From NCBI GenBank assembly GCA_034520665.1, contig JAXHNJ010000001.1, positions 194,579-258,578 of the forward strand: 64,000 bases of DNA. The letters run 5' to 3'. This stretch comes from Patescibacteria group bacterium. GTDB lineage: Bacteria; Patescibacteriota; Patescibacteriia; JAXHNJ01. Every line of letters starts with the position of its first letter. Positions within the stretch are counted from its first letter, which is position 1. Shown piece by piece: positions 1 to 8,557 of the stretch. The position numbers were made by a program, and so were the translations under genes. The notes beneath the pieces were generated by a model. The model was not told the origin of the DNA and searched no databases. It saw only the letters and a program-made list of their open reading frames with translations.

Positions 1-1
1 A

Positions 2-241
2 ACTAAAAAAGAATCAGAAAAAATATTTAAAGCTGTTAAAAAAGTTTTAAAAAAATCCCTTAAATATGGCGGTACTTCAGCTGACGCTTATATTAATGCC
101 GAGGGAAAAGAAGGGGATTTTGAAAAAATGTTGTATGTTTATGGACGACGGGGCGAAAAATGTAAAAAATGCCAGGCTGAGATAAAAAGTATTAAACAGG
201 CCGGGCGCGGCACTTATTTTTGTTCTAATTGCCAGAAATAA
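2..241 (+). CDS. Fpg/Nei-family DNA glycosylase, C-terminal fragment (zinc finger); 5' end outside window
   Basis: Open frame from window edge ends ...CKKCQAEIKSIKQAGRGTYFCSNCQK*. The CxxC...CxxC zinc finger with RGT/RST-FC motif is typical of the MutM/Nei C-terminus. Confidence 0.55.
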   Translation, partial: TKKESEKIFKAVKKVLKKSLKYGGTSADAYINAEGKEGDFEKMLYVYGRRGEKCKKCQAEIKSIKQAGRGTYFCSNCQK

Positions 242-242
242 A

Positions 243-285
243 AAAAACCGGCTAAGCTATTTAAGCAGGTTTTTTTATTTTAATT
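243..285. terminator. putative intrinsic terminator between convergent genes
   Basis: Imperfect GC-containing dyad (ccggctaagc...aagcagg) followed by a T-run tttttttatttt. Confidence 0.3.
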
Positions 286-288
286 ATT

Positions 289-747
289 TTAAGGAATAAT
301 TAAGTAAAACATATAAGCTAAGACAATTCCAAGAATAAAGCCGACAATAACTTCAGCTAAAGTATGGCCAATATGCTTTTCTAGTCTTTTTGGAAATAAC
401 TGCCTTTCTTTTTTGGGATATTTTGCTATAATTCTTAGCAAGGCAATTGATTGGAAACTGATAATCTGCCGCATACCTAAAGCATCTCTAATAATGATTA
501 ATGAAAAAATTACGGTTACGGCGAAAATTGGACTGAAAATTCCTTCAGCTATACCGATAATTGTACAGAGAGAGGTAACAAAAGCGGTGTGGACTGAAGG
601 CATGCCCCCATAATCAAAGGTAATGTCAAGATTGAAATTAGCTTTCAAACCTCGGATTAATATTTTAATGGCAAAAGTAATAATGCCGACAATCAGAGGG
701 ATAATTAATAATTTAGGATAAACCATAAATGGATTATATTTACTCAA
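289..747 (-). CDS. divergent PAP2-family (DUF212/YuiD-like) membrane protein
   Basis: 152 aa with about 4 TM segments and a YGGMPSVHTAF motif characteristic of the acid-phosphatase/vanadium-haloperoxidase-related DUF212 family. True start may be the internal Met at 726, because 729-747 overlaps the uppP start. Confidence 0.55.
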   Translation of the reverse strand: MSKYNPFMVYPKLLIIPLIVGIITFAIKILIRGLKANFNLDITFDYGGMPSVHTAFVTSLCTIIGIAEGIFSPIFAVTVIFSLIIIRDALGMRQIISFQSIALLRIIAKYPKKERQLFPKRLEKHIGHTLAEVIVGFILGIVLAYMFYLIIP

Positions 748-1544
748 TTATTTACGGATTGGTGCAGGGTTTGACCGAATTTATACCGGTTTCTTCTTCC
801 GGACACCTGGTTATTATGCATCAGATATTTGATTTTGATTTTGTTAGTTCTCTTAGTTTTGATGTCATGCTTCACGCCGGCACTTTAGTAGCCCTGCTCA
901 TTTATTTCTATAAAGATATTATAAAATATATCGGCGCTTTTTTCAATAGTCTGTTAAAATGGCAGGTTAAAGAGAAACCAAATCAGCTTATTGCCTGGAT
1001 GATATTAATTGGCACCTTACCAGCTTTAGTCTTTGGTTTTTTTCTGGAAGAGATTGTAGAAAATTCCTTGCGCTCGCCGCTTTTGGTAGGATTGATGCTT
1101 ATCTTAGTCGGTTATTTGTTTATTTTATTTGAAAAAAGAACAAAAAAAATAAAATTATTATCTGAAAGCTCCTTTAAATCGGCCCTAATTATCGGATTTT
1201 TTCAAGTTTTGGCTCTTATTCCCGGCACTTCTCGCAGCGGCATTGCTATACTAGGCGGTCTTTCCCAAAAATTAAAAAGAGATCAAGCGGCTCGGTTTGC
1301 TTTTCTTTTAGCTATCCCAGTTACTTTAGGGGCCGTGGTTAAAAGAAGCGGCCGCTTATTATCATCTGATTTATTAACTCATGAATGGGTATTAATGATA
1401 TTAGCTTTTCTAGTGGCGGTTATAGCCGGATATTTGGTTATTCGTTTTTTATTAAAATTTTTAAAAACTCATTCTTTAAAAGTATTTGCTTATTACCGCT
1501 TTGTTTTGGGAATAATTATTTTAATATATTTTTTGATTAATTAA
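729..1544 (+). CDS. uppP: undecaprenyl-diphosphatase (UppP/BacA)
   Basis: 271 aa polytopic membrane protein with GLTEFIPVSSSGHL and PGTSRSG motifs diagnostic of BacA/UppP. Confidence 0.85.
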   Translation: MDYIYSIIYGLVQGLTEFIPVSSSGHLVIMHQIFDFDFVSSLSFDVMLHAGTLVALLIYFYKDIIKYIGAFFNSLLKWQVKEKPNQLIAWMILIGTLPALVFGFFLEEIVENSLRSPLLVGLMLILVGYLFILFEKRTKKIKLLSESSFKSALIIGFFQVLALIPGTSRSGIAILGGLSQKLKRDQAARFAFLLAIPVTLGAVVKRSGRLLSSDLLTHEWVLMILAFLVAVIAGYLVIRFLLKFLKTHSLKVFAYYRFVLGIIILIYFLIN

Positions 1545-1745
1545 AAAATTACCTAAATAATTATTTATTAAGAGAAAGGTTTGGATTTAGAGAGCCAGGC
1601 TTTTTATGATAGTGCTTGGCTTTTTGATTTGGTCTTTGTTCTAATTAAGAATCCCAACGCAGGCACGGAGAGTGGCGTTGGGTCTATGGGAGGCAGGGAA
1701 AAAAAGAGAAGAGAAGAATTTTTCTCATCGCTTAGGCAAAAGATT

Positions 1746-1778
1746 TATCTCTCTGGCGCCGGATTTATCCGGCGATTT
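1746..1778. repeat. module B: 33-bp element with palindromic core cgccggatttatccggcg; inverted copy at 10879..10910
   Basis: tatctctctggcgccggatttatccggcgattt is the exact reverse complement of 10879-10910 (aaatcgccggataaatccggcgccagagagat). Confidence 0.7.
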
Positions 1779-1908
1779 ATGTTTTGCTAATTGGTTATGG
1801 TTATAGCAGCTAGTAAGGTTTTGGTAGTGGGTTTGGAATAGAAAAACATTGACTCAGCCTAATAACCAAACTAGCGGCTCGGCCTAAAACCCTCTTTTTT
1901 GCTAATTG

Positions 1909-1963
1909 GTTTATACTGGCGGAGTAATCTTTTTAAAATGTCGCCACATGAATGTTGTGCCGG
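1909..1963. repeat. module A: ~55-bp element; inverted copy at 10927..10984 (~88% identical)
   Basis: gtttatactggcggagtaatctttttaaaatgtcgccacatgaatgttgtgccgg matches the reverse complement of cctggcgcaacatttatgtggcgaaattttaaaaaagatttatccgccagtataaaac. Confidence 0.65.
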
Positions 1964-2032
1964 GCTCTAAATTGTTTATAACTTTTCTGACACGGGATTT
2001 ATCTTGTGACGCAATTTTTAATAATTAAAAAT

Positions 2033-2070
2033 CTAGCGCAGGTCTTTTGTGCCTGCGCTAGGTTATCTTT
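2033..2070 (+). terminator. putative intrinsic terminator
   Basis: 10-bp perfect stem ctagcgcagg / cctgcgctag with a 9-nt loop, followed by a T-rich tail (gttatcttt). Confidence 0.45.
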
Positions 2071-2080
2071 ATAAATAACC

Positions 2081-2116
2081 AAAAATCCCTCTCAAGTGAT
2101 GAAAGGGATTTTTGTA
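2081..2116. terminator. bidirectional intrinsic terminator downstream of the 2135..3166 (-) gene
   Basis: aaaaATCCCTctcaagtgatgaAAGGGATttttt: 6-bp GC-containing stem flanked by an A-run and a T-run. Lies about 20 nt past the stop of the minus-strand gene. Confidence 0.6.
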
Positions 2117-2134
2117 TGGTATATCTATTTTAAC

Positions 2135-3166
2135 TTAGAATGTTGGTTCTTTAGGCTCTTCAAAGAATTTCTTAGGCCTAAACAGTGTGACCAGTATAGC
2201 CATAATGATTGCTACCCAGGGCCACCAGCCGTTAGTCTGACAGGAATATTCAAAATAAATCCAGAAAGCAGCTACAGTTAAGACTAAGGGGAAAAGCCAC
2301 CACCATTTATTTTTTGATTTTTTGACTAGGAAGTAATAACCAATTAAAACGCCAATATAAATAATGAGAATAATCAGCCACCAGGACCAGGCCAGGGGAG
2401 TACATTCATCGGAAGGGCTTTCTTCCTCTTCCTGGGCTTGAGCTTCTTCACTAACTCCGGCTACTTCACCTTCAGGCTCAGTTTCTTGTTCCTCTGATTC
2501 TGAGACTTCTTCTGTTTGAGCGGCTTGATTAGTGTTATTATTTACATTTTCTTCGGCTACCGGTGGCAGCAGGGTTTCTTCTTTGACTTCAATTTTTACG
2601 CTTTCAGAAATATTACTACTAGTGGCCATAATTTGACCCAAGCCAGTGTCTTTAGGCACAAATACACCTTCCTGGTTTATTTCGCCCAAGTTTCCTTCAT
2701 GAGAGAAGGTAAGTTCAGGATTTTCAATAGTATTGCCCATGACATCAAAAACTTTGGCTTCAAATTTTTGGCTTTGATTAAGATTAATTACTTCCGGCAT
2801 AGAGTTGGGATTAACCACAATAGAGTTAACTTCTCCGGAAATTACCTCAATTTCGTCTTGCGCGGCAAAGTTACCGTATTTGGCTTCAATTAGCCAGGAA
2901 CCGGCCTTGCCAGCTTGATAAACATTATCTTCAATAGAACCGCGTGGATCTTCAGTAATAAAAATAGCAAATTCAGAAATATCCCAGGTATTTTTCTGCT
3001 TATCCTGAGCTTTTAAGGTTAGATTAATAGTTTCTCCAGCCTTTATTTCCGCCGGAATATTAACCAGTTTGACCTGATCAATCCCTCCGTGTTCTTCCTG
3101 GGCTTGACTGGTAAGCGGAATAATAGCCAGACAAGAAATTAAGATAGTGAATAGCAGTTTTTTCAT
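2135..3166 (-). CDS. secreted/membrane-anchored surface protein (signal peptide, acidic linker, C-terminal Trp-rich TM anchor)
   Basis: 343 aa. N-terminal signal peptide MKKLLFTILISCLAIIPLTSQA, beta-rich domain, E/Q-rich acidic low-complexity linker, then 2-3 C-terminal TM helices rich in W. Immediately downstream of, and co-directional with, the giant gene; probably co-transcribed. Confidence 0.6.
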   Translation of the reverse strand: MKKLLFTILISCLAIIPLTSQAQEEHGGIDQVKLVNIPAEIKAGETINLTLKAQDKQKNTWDISEFAIFITEDPRGSIEDNVYQAGKAGSWLIEAKYGNFAAQDEIEVISGEVNSIVVNPNSMPEVINLNQSQKFEAKVFDVMGNTIENPELTFSHEGNLGEINQEGVFVPKDTGLGQIMATSSNISESVKIEVKEETLLPPVAEENVNNNTNQAAQTEEVSESEEQETEPEGEVAGVSEEAQAQEEEESPSDECTPLAWSWWLIILIIYIGVLIGYYFLVKKSKNKWWWLFPLVLTVAAFWIYFEYSCQTNGWWPWVAIIMAILVTLFRPKKFFEEPKEPTF

Positions 3167-3186
3167 AAGTATTTTTATTTTAATGG

Positions 3187-6100
3187 TTATTTTATACTGA
3201 TATCCTGTCTTTTTCTAAGCCGGTAAATTTGCATACCGCCAGCAGCCGTAAATAAGGTTAATAAGATATAGATGAAATTATAGAGATTCATACCCGCTTC
3301 AGCTAAGCCCAGCACCACGCCTTTCCTGACTTCTAGGGGAGCCGTGTCTGAAATATCTTTATGATTAACAGCAGTAACCACGGCTAAGTTGTCATAAGTG
3401 TTAGCCTGAACGTCAGCTCCTACCTTGACTTCATAATTAATCACTATTTCACTACCCGGAGCCATGTTGCCTAAGGTCCAAATTCTGACCGCGCTGTCAT
3501 CATAAGTAAAAGTAAAGCCTGCTGGTAATGTGTCAGTTAAAACTACGTCATAAGCTGTGGCTTCGCCAGTGTTAGTGACAGTAACTGTGTAATTAACCAG
3601 AGAATTAGGATTAACAAATTCCTGGTCAACTTCTTTTTCAATATTCAGAACCGGTTTGGCTTCTTCGCTTAAAACAGCTGGTATTCTAACCTCAAGAGTA
3701 ACGGAATCGTCAATTTTTTCATGGTTGTCAGCCCAGGTTTCAGCCAGGTTATCATAGAAGCCAGCTTCAACCTTGCCAACTGCTACTTGATAGTTCAAAT
3801 TAAAGTTCTCGCCCGGTGTTAAATCGCCAAGTTCCCAAGTGTGTGTGGCCAGGCCAGTGCTGACAAAAGTAAAGCCGTCCGGAAGAGTGTCTTCAAGTAT
3901 AACGTTATAAGCGGTTTCATTACCAGTATTTGAGATATTAACTGTGTAAGTAGCCACATTGCCCGGATTGGCAAAAGTTAAGTCAACTGATTTTTCTATA
4001 CCAAGGATTGGGCCAGACACAATAGTGGTCTCTTCATCAGCTGTGGTTTCATCAGTTTCATCAGAGTCGAGCACGGCTGTGTTATTAATCACAGTATTAT
4101 TGACTAAGCCTTCATTAGCAGTAACCGTAATGTCAAGCGTGCCCGTATCACCTGGGTTTTTAGTATCCAAGTTCCAACTGACTGTATGATTAGCTTGGTC
4201 ATAAGTATAAGTCTCAGAAGCGGAGACAAAGCTGACTTCGCTAGGCAGGTTATCTACTAAAGTTAAATTATTAACGGAATCATTACCGCCAACAGACCAA
4301 GTTAGGGTATAGGTAAAGTCTTTACCCGGAGCCACTGGGTCTTTACTGTCAATTTTATCTAGACCAATTTCGTAGATCAATTTTTGGTTACCAAAGTTAT
4401 TATTTCTACTAACTATACCAGAGGCAATAGTAATAGCAGCCGGAGCCATAGTTTGTCTCCAACCTTCTTGCGTGGTTTCAGTTAAATTATATTGACCGGC
4501 TTCCAGGTCAGTAAATTCATAATAGCCGTTTTCATTTGTAGTAGTACAAGTATTTTCATCCAAACAAATTTCCCAGCCCTGGAGAGCCTCTTCACCTTCA
4601 TCCCACTCAGAATTATTATTAACATCTTCAAATTTATAACCAGAAATTAGTCCCAATTTAAAGTTACCGAAGATAACTTCATGGGGTTGGCCGGATTTAA
4701 CCTCAACCTCATATTCAGTGCCGGTTATGGCCATAAAATCACTGTTTAGAATTTCTTTAACTGTATAAGTGCCTGGTTCAAGATTAGTCCAAGTATAGGA
4801 GCCATCGGCGCCAGTTACTTGATTATCACCAACTTGAACTTCACCTTGCCAGAGCTGAACAGTCCAGCCGGGTTTAGGAGTTCGATCATTATCTGTTTTC
4901 CATGATCCATCGGCATCAATATATTTGTAAGCAGTTATGCTGGCGTTTTCAAAGTTACCAAAGTCAAAATCACCATCTTTTACATCTACTCCAGAAACAG
5001 CTTCAAAGTTATAACTACCTGTCAAAGGGTAGGTTTGGGTCCAGCCTTCTTTAGTTTCTTCGGTTATATTATAACTACCTGGACCAATATCGATATAAGT
5101 AACACAACCGTTTTCATTGGTCGTTTTTTCTTGTTCATTAAGATAAACATTCCAGCCTTGATTGTAGACTGAATCATTTTCTATATTACCGTCACCGTTT
5201 TTATCAATATATTTACAGACGGTGACATCTATGTTTTGGAAATTACCAAAGTCATTACCAGTACTTTTATCATTGATGCCTAAAGTAATAACACTCGGAG
5301 CTAAAGTCTGAGTCCAGCCGGGTTTAAGGGTCTCTTCTAAGATATAACTGCCGGCGGATAGGTTATCAAATTCATAATAGCCATTAGCGTTAGTAGTGGT
5401 AGTGTCTAAAACCGGATTTTCTGTAGGCATATTCTCAGGAGTATTTTGATAGACCTTTTCAAAACATTTAGTGTCATAATTATCTAAATTACCATCACCA
5501 TTTAAATCAACTTTCTGGCTAGCAAAGGCGCCAAAGTCTGAAAGACCAATTTTATTATCCTTACTATAGTCATCGCCTGCTAAATTATAATCATCAAAGT
5601 TTTCTGAACAAGCAGAATATAATTTAATTTCCCAATCATCTAAAGCCGGTTCATCATTATCCCAAACATGGTTACCATTAATATCTTCGAATTTATAGCC
5701 GGTGATTTTACTGGCGTTGGCTGTGTTGGTAATGGTGCAGGTAACATCATCATCTTTTTCCAGGGTAATTTCATTGCCTTCTAAAGTTTTATTATTACAA
5801 ATCCATTTAGAGGCGGTATAACCTTCAATTTCACTTGATTCAGAAAGGGTATAAGTGCCGGTTAGAACCTCACCATGAGCCAAGCCATTTCCTTCAATTG
5901 TGGAAAGATCTTCACTGGTGGCTTTAAGTTTCCAGTCAATAGCTTGGGCCGTGCCGCCATTAGAATTATCTACTTGTTTAATTAAAGTTAAGTCGGCTGT
6001 GTTGCGGGCATTGCAAAGGGTGATTTCAATCCCGTCAGTGGTCACACCCAGTTTAGCTGGCAGTGTTCTGTACTCAGTAGTTTCACAGGTATAAATAGAG

Positions 6101-7893
6101 CCGTTTACATACCAGCCGGCAAAGTGATAATCATCAACATTATTTTCCGTGATATTGTAATTACCGGTAACAACAGATTCTTCGCTACCCATTAATTTAT
6201 CAAGAGTTTCACCTTCAAAACCCCATTGGAAGTTAAGGTTATTTGCTTTCGTGTTGTCGCCTTCAAATATTCCGTCGCCGTCAGCATCTACTTTTTTGTT
6301 TACTTTAATTTTACCGGTATCGCGGGTGTTGGTAAAAGTGCAGACGATGCCGTCGGTGGTTAAATCAATCTGTCTTGATTCAACTGCTCCATAAGATTGA
6401 TCATTGCAGGTTAAATCAGTGACATGATAATCATTTTTTTGTTTTTCAGAAATGGTATATAAACCAGTTTCTAAAGTTCGGCTGGAACCAGTAGTAATAT
6501 CTTGTTCACCATTTTGAATATTCCAGCTCCAATTTGTGGCTCCGATAATATCTTCGGGGTCATCAAGGTCGCCGTCGCCGTTTTCGTCAACATTTTTATA
6601 AACGATAAATTCTGCTGTGTTTCTGGTATTAGTGATTGTGCAAACCTTATTCTCACTGTTACCAACTGTTACATTTCCCTGAGCATCGCAATCACCAGAA
6701 ATTACTGATGTATAATTTGAAAGGTCGGTGTTAGTACCAGCATTTTCTGAGACAACATAATTTCCAACACTTACAGTTTGAGCACCAGTTGTTCCTCCAT
6801 TACCAACGTTTGTTCCTGTACCAGCTACTACACCGTCGATCATCAAGTTAAATAATCCTGTGTCATTACTAGGCACTAATACTTTGTTAACAGTAAGTGT
6901 TCCATTGCATGGTGTAGTAACAGTAGTTTCTACAATCTTAGAATCTAAACCGTTTGGCAGTTGGTCAGCATAAATTGTGCCGTAGTTGTAAATTGTTTCA
7001 TCTGAACATATTGGTAGCTCATCTACTGTAACTTTAAATTTTACCCAACCGGTTTCGCCCGGTGTTAGAGTACCGGCATTCCAGCTTAGAAGTGATCCGT
7101 CAAAGCCAGGATTATTAGCTCCGAATTTTTCACTTGAATATCCGAAATTAACATTTTCGCTTTGATCATGCCAATTAGCGTAAGTAGTTAAAGCAGGAAT
7201 ATAATCATCAACTCTTACTCCACCGCCGGTACAATTAGTTTTTCCAGCGTTATTAAAATTAAGAGTATAAAGCAAAGTATCACCTGGAAGAGCAGTTGGT
7301 TTATCAACTGTTTTTTTGATTTCTAATTGACAAAAATCACCCAAACAATCTGGTCCAGGCATTACTCTGTTATCATTTTTATTAGCATATTTTACATAGC
7401 CGTGAGCGCCGGTTTGGTCAGTTCCAAAGATTGTGTTAATTGTAAAACTAACTATTTGAGTTTCATTTGAACCCTCTTCGGTAAAGCTAAGTTCAGAAAT
7501 ATCCCATTGAATAACATTATTAACATTAATAGAACCGTCATAAATAGAACCGTCATACTTAATCCACTCACCGCCGTTAGGTGATGTGCTAATCAGATGG
7601 TTTTTTACATCTTCGCAAACTTTTAGTGAAACGTGACTAACTTGCTGGGCTTTATCAATTTCATCGATTCGATAAGTCCAAGTTTGGTTAGTATCGTCGT
7701 CGGCAACTCCTACAAAATTCCATTCATAATGTCCTTTAGGTTCATCTAATTGAATTGCCCTAGCCTGGCTTGGCTGTATCAGGGCTCCTACCATAGACAT
7801 ATTTAATAATAAGGCTAACATTAGAAAAATGTTAAGACTTTTGACAAGCTTGGTTTTGATAGATTTTTTTGGTAATAAATTGATTTTTACCAT
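3187..7893 (-). CDS. giant cell-surface repeat protein (Cna-B/SdrD-B-like and DUF11-like repeats, C-terminal membrane anchor)
   Basis: 1568 aa with N-terminal signal peptide. It has at least four repeats of the type GYKFEDxNGNxxWDxxExxLxGWEIxL/Y (SD-repeat B / Cna-B-like fold) and three DUF11-like repeats (NxxTYTVxIxNTGNxTAYxVxLxDTLPxGFTFV). The C-terminus is ...GLAEAGMNLYNFIYILLTLFTAAGG...RLRKRQ: a hydrophobic stretch plus a basic tail, resembling a sorting-signal-like anchor. Confidence 0.75.
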   Translation of the reverse strand: MVKINLLPKKSIKTKLVKSLNIFLMLALLLNMSMVGALIQPSQARAIQLDEPKGHYEWNFVGVADDDTNQTWTYRIDEIDKAQQVSHVSLKVCEDVKNHLISTSPNGGEWIKYDGSIYDGSINVNNVIQWDISELSFTEEGSNETQIVSFTINTIFGTDQTGAHGYVKYANKNDNRVMPGPDCLGDFCQLEIKKTVDKPTALPGDTLLYTLNFNNAGKTNCTGGGVRVDDYIPALTTYANWHDQSENVNFGYSSEKFGANNPGFDGSLLSWNAGTLTPGETGWVKFKVTVDELPICSDETIYNYGTIYADQLPNGLDSKIVETTVTTPCNGTLTVNKVLVPSNDTGLFNLMIDGVVAGTGTNVGNGGTTGAQTVSVGNYVVSENAGTNTDLSNYTSVISGDCDAQGNVTVGNSENKVCTITNTRNTAEFIVYKNVDENGDGDLDDPEDIIGATNWSWNIQNGEQDITTGSSRTLETGLYTISEKQKNDYHVTDLTCNDQSYGAVESRQIDLTTDGIVCTFTNTRDTGKIKVNKKVDADGDGIFEGDNTKANNLNFQWGFEGETLDKLMGSEESVVTGNYNITENNVDDYHFAGWYVNGSIYTCETTEYRTLPAKLGVTTDGIEITLCNARNTADLTLIKQVDNSNGGTAQAIDWKLKATSEDLSTIEGNGLAHGEVLTGTYTLSESSEIEGYTASKWICNNKTLEGNEITLEKDDDVTCTITNTANASKITGYKFEDINGNHVWDNDEPALDDWEIKLYSACSENFDDYNLAGDDYSKDNKIGLSDFGAFASQKVDLNGDGNLDNYDTKCFEKVYQNTPENMPTENPVLDTTTTNANGYYEFDNLSAGSYILEETLKPGWTQTLAPSVITLGINDKSTGNDFGNFQNIDVTVCKYIDKNGDGNIENDSVYNQGWNVYLNEQEKTTNENGCVTYIDIGPGSYNITEETKEGWTQTYPLTGSYNFEAVSGVDVKDGDFDFGNFENASITAYKYIDADGSWKTDNDRTPKPGWTVQLWQGEVQVGDNQVTGADGSYTWTNLEPGTYTVKEILNSDFMAITGTEYEVEVKSGQPHEVIFGNFKLGLISGYKFEDVNNNSEWDEGEEALQGWEICLDENTCTTTNENGYYEFTDLEAGQYNLTETTQEGWRQTMAPAAITIASGIVSRNNNFGNQKLIYEIGLDKIDSKDPVAPGKDFTYTLTWSVGGNDSVNNLTLVDNLPSEVSFVSASETYTYDQANHTVSWNLDTKNPGDTGTLDITVTANEGLVNNTVINNTAVLDSDETDETTADEETTIVSGPILGIEKSVDLTFANPGNVATYTVNISNTGNETAYNVILEDTLPDGFTFVSTGLATHTWELGDLTPGENFNLNYQVAVGKVEAGFYDNLAETWADNHEKIDDSVTLEVRIPAVLSEEAKPVLNIEKEVDQEFVNPNSLVNYTVTVTNTGEATAYDVVLTDTLPAGFTFTYDDSAVRIWTLGNMAPGSEIVINYEVKVGADVQANTYDNLAVVTAVNHKDISDTAPLEVRKGVVLGLAEAGMNLYNFIYILLTLFTAAGGMQIYRLRKRQDISIK

Positions 7894-7984
7894 TGTTTAT
7901 TCTCCTTTTAATTTAAGTTAATTTGGTTAATTTAGTATATTAAGTTGATTGTTGTTTTGATTAGGTTCCTCGCATTACTCGGGA

Positions 7985-8200
7985 TGACACTAAAGCGTCA
8001 ATTGTTAGATTAGCCAATTTTTCAGCGCCTCTTTTTAACTATTTGAGAGTATTTCGGCTTGAAAATTGTAGAGTAGATCCCGTCACTCGCTCTTCTACAA
8101 GCTCAGAGCTCGGACGGGATTGTTAGATTAGCCAAATTTTGTTCGCTCATTTTTTATTAATGAAATTTATTGAGCTCCAAAATTTTGCTAATCTAACAAA
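7985..8200. promoter_or_regulatory. upstream control region of the giant surface-protein gene with repeated gttagattagccaa motif (two direct copies, one inverted) and an 8-bp dyad
   Basis: attgttagattagccaa(t/a)tttt occurs at about 8003-8018 and 8122-8137. Its reverse complement ttgctaatctaaca occurs at about 8176-8190. A dyad gatcccgtc...gacgggat lies at about 8066-8110. Confidence 0.4.
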
Positions 8201-8460
8201 AAAACCAACAGAAAGCAAATAATTTTTAAAAATGCATAAAATAAGACCTTTTTCTCTCCTCTTTTTTGATCCTCTCTCCTTTTTTAGACCTTTTATTTAC
8301 TTTTTGTTGGTTTTAAACCTTTCCTCCTGATAGGTTTTATAAAAGAGCGTATGAAATTGTGTACCAAAGAGCGATTAATATATGTTTTCCCTCCTAATAT
8401 GTAGAAAAAAGAGCTATTTAAGTTTTTTTATCTTAGTTCATTTCTCATAATTTGTCAAGT

Positions 8461-8500
8461 AAAAAGGAGCCGTTCCATATTTCTTAATAAAACGGCCCCT
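8461..8500 (-). terminator. intrinsic terminator of the CAP-domain gene
   Basis: On the minus strand: GGGGCCGTT-ttattaagaaatatgg-AACGGCTCC followed by TTTTT. Confidence 0.6.
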
Positions 8501-8557
8501 TTGGATGGGAATTTGATTACTTTTATCTGAAATATATTAGACTTGTGGATAACTCTA

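Noticed and set aside
1581-1790. 69-aa ORF in the uppP to surface-protein intergenic region
   Set aside because: Lies in a repeat/hairpin-rich non-coding region and overlaps module B. No RBS and an odd composition. Treated as spurious.
3187-7893. DNA-level tandem repeats inside the giant gene
   Set aside because: Repetition is at the protein-domain level (divergent Cna-B/DUF11-like repeats). The nucleotide copies are too diverged to call a DNA tandem repeat.
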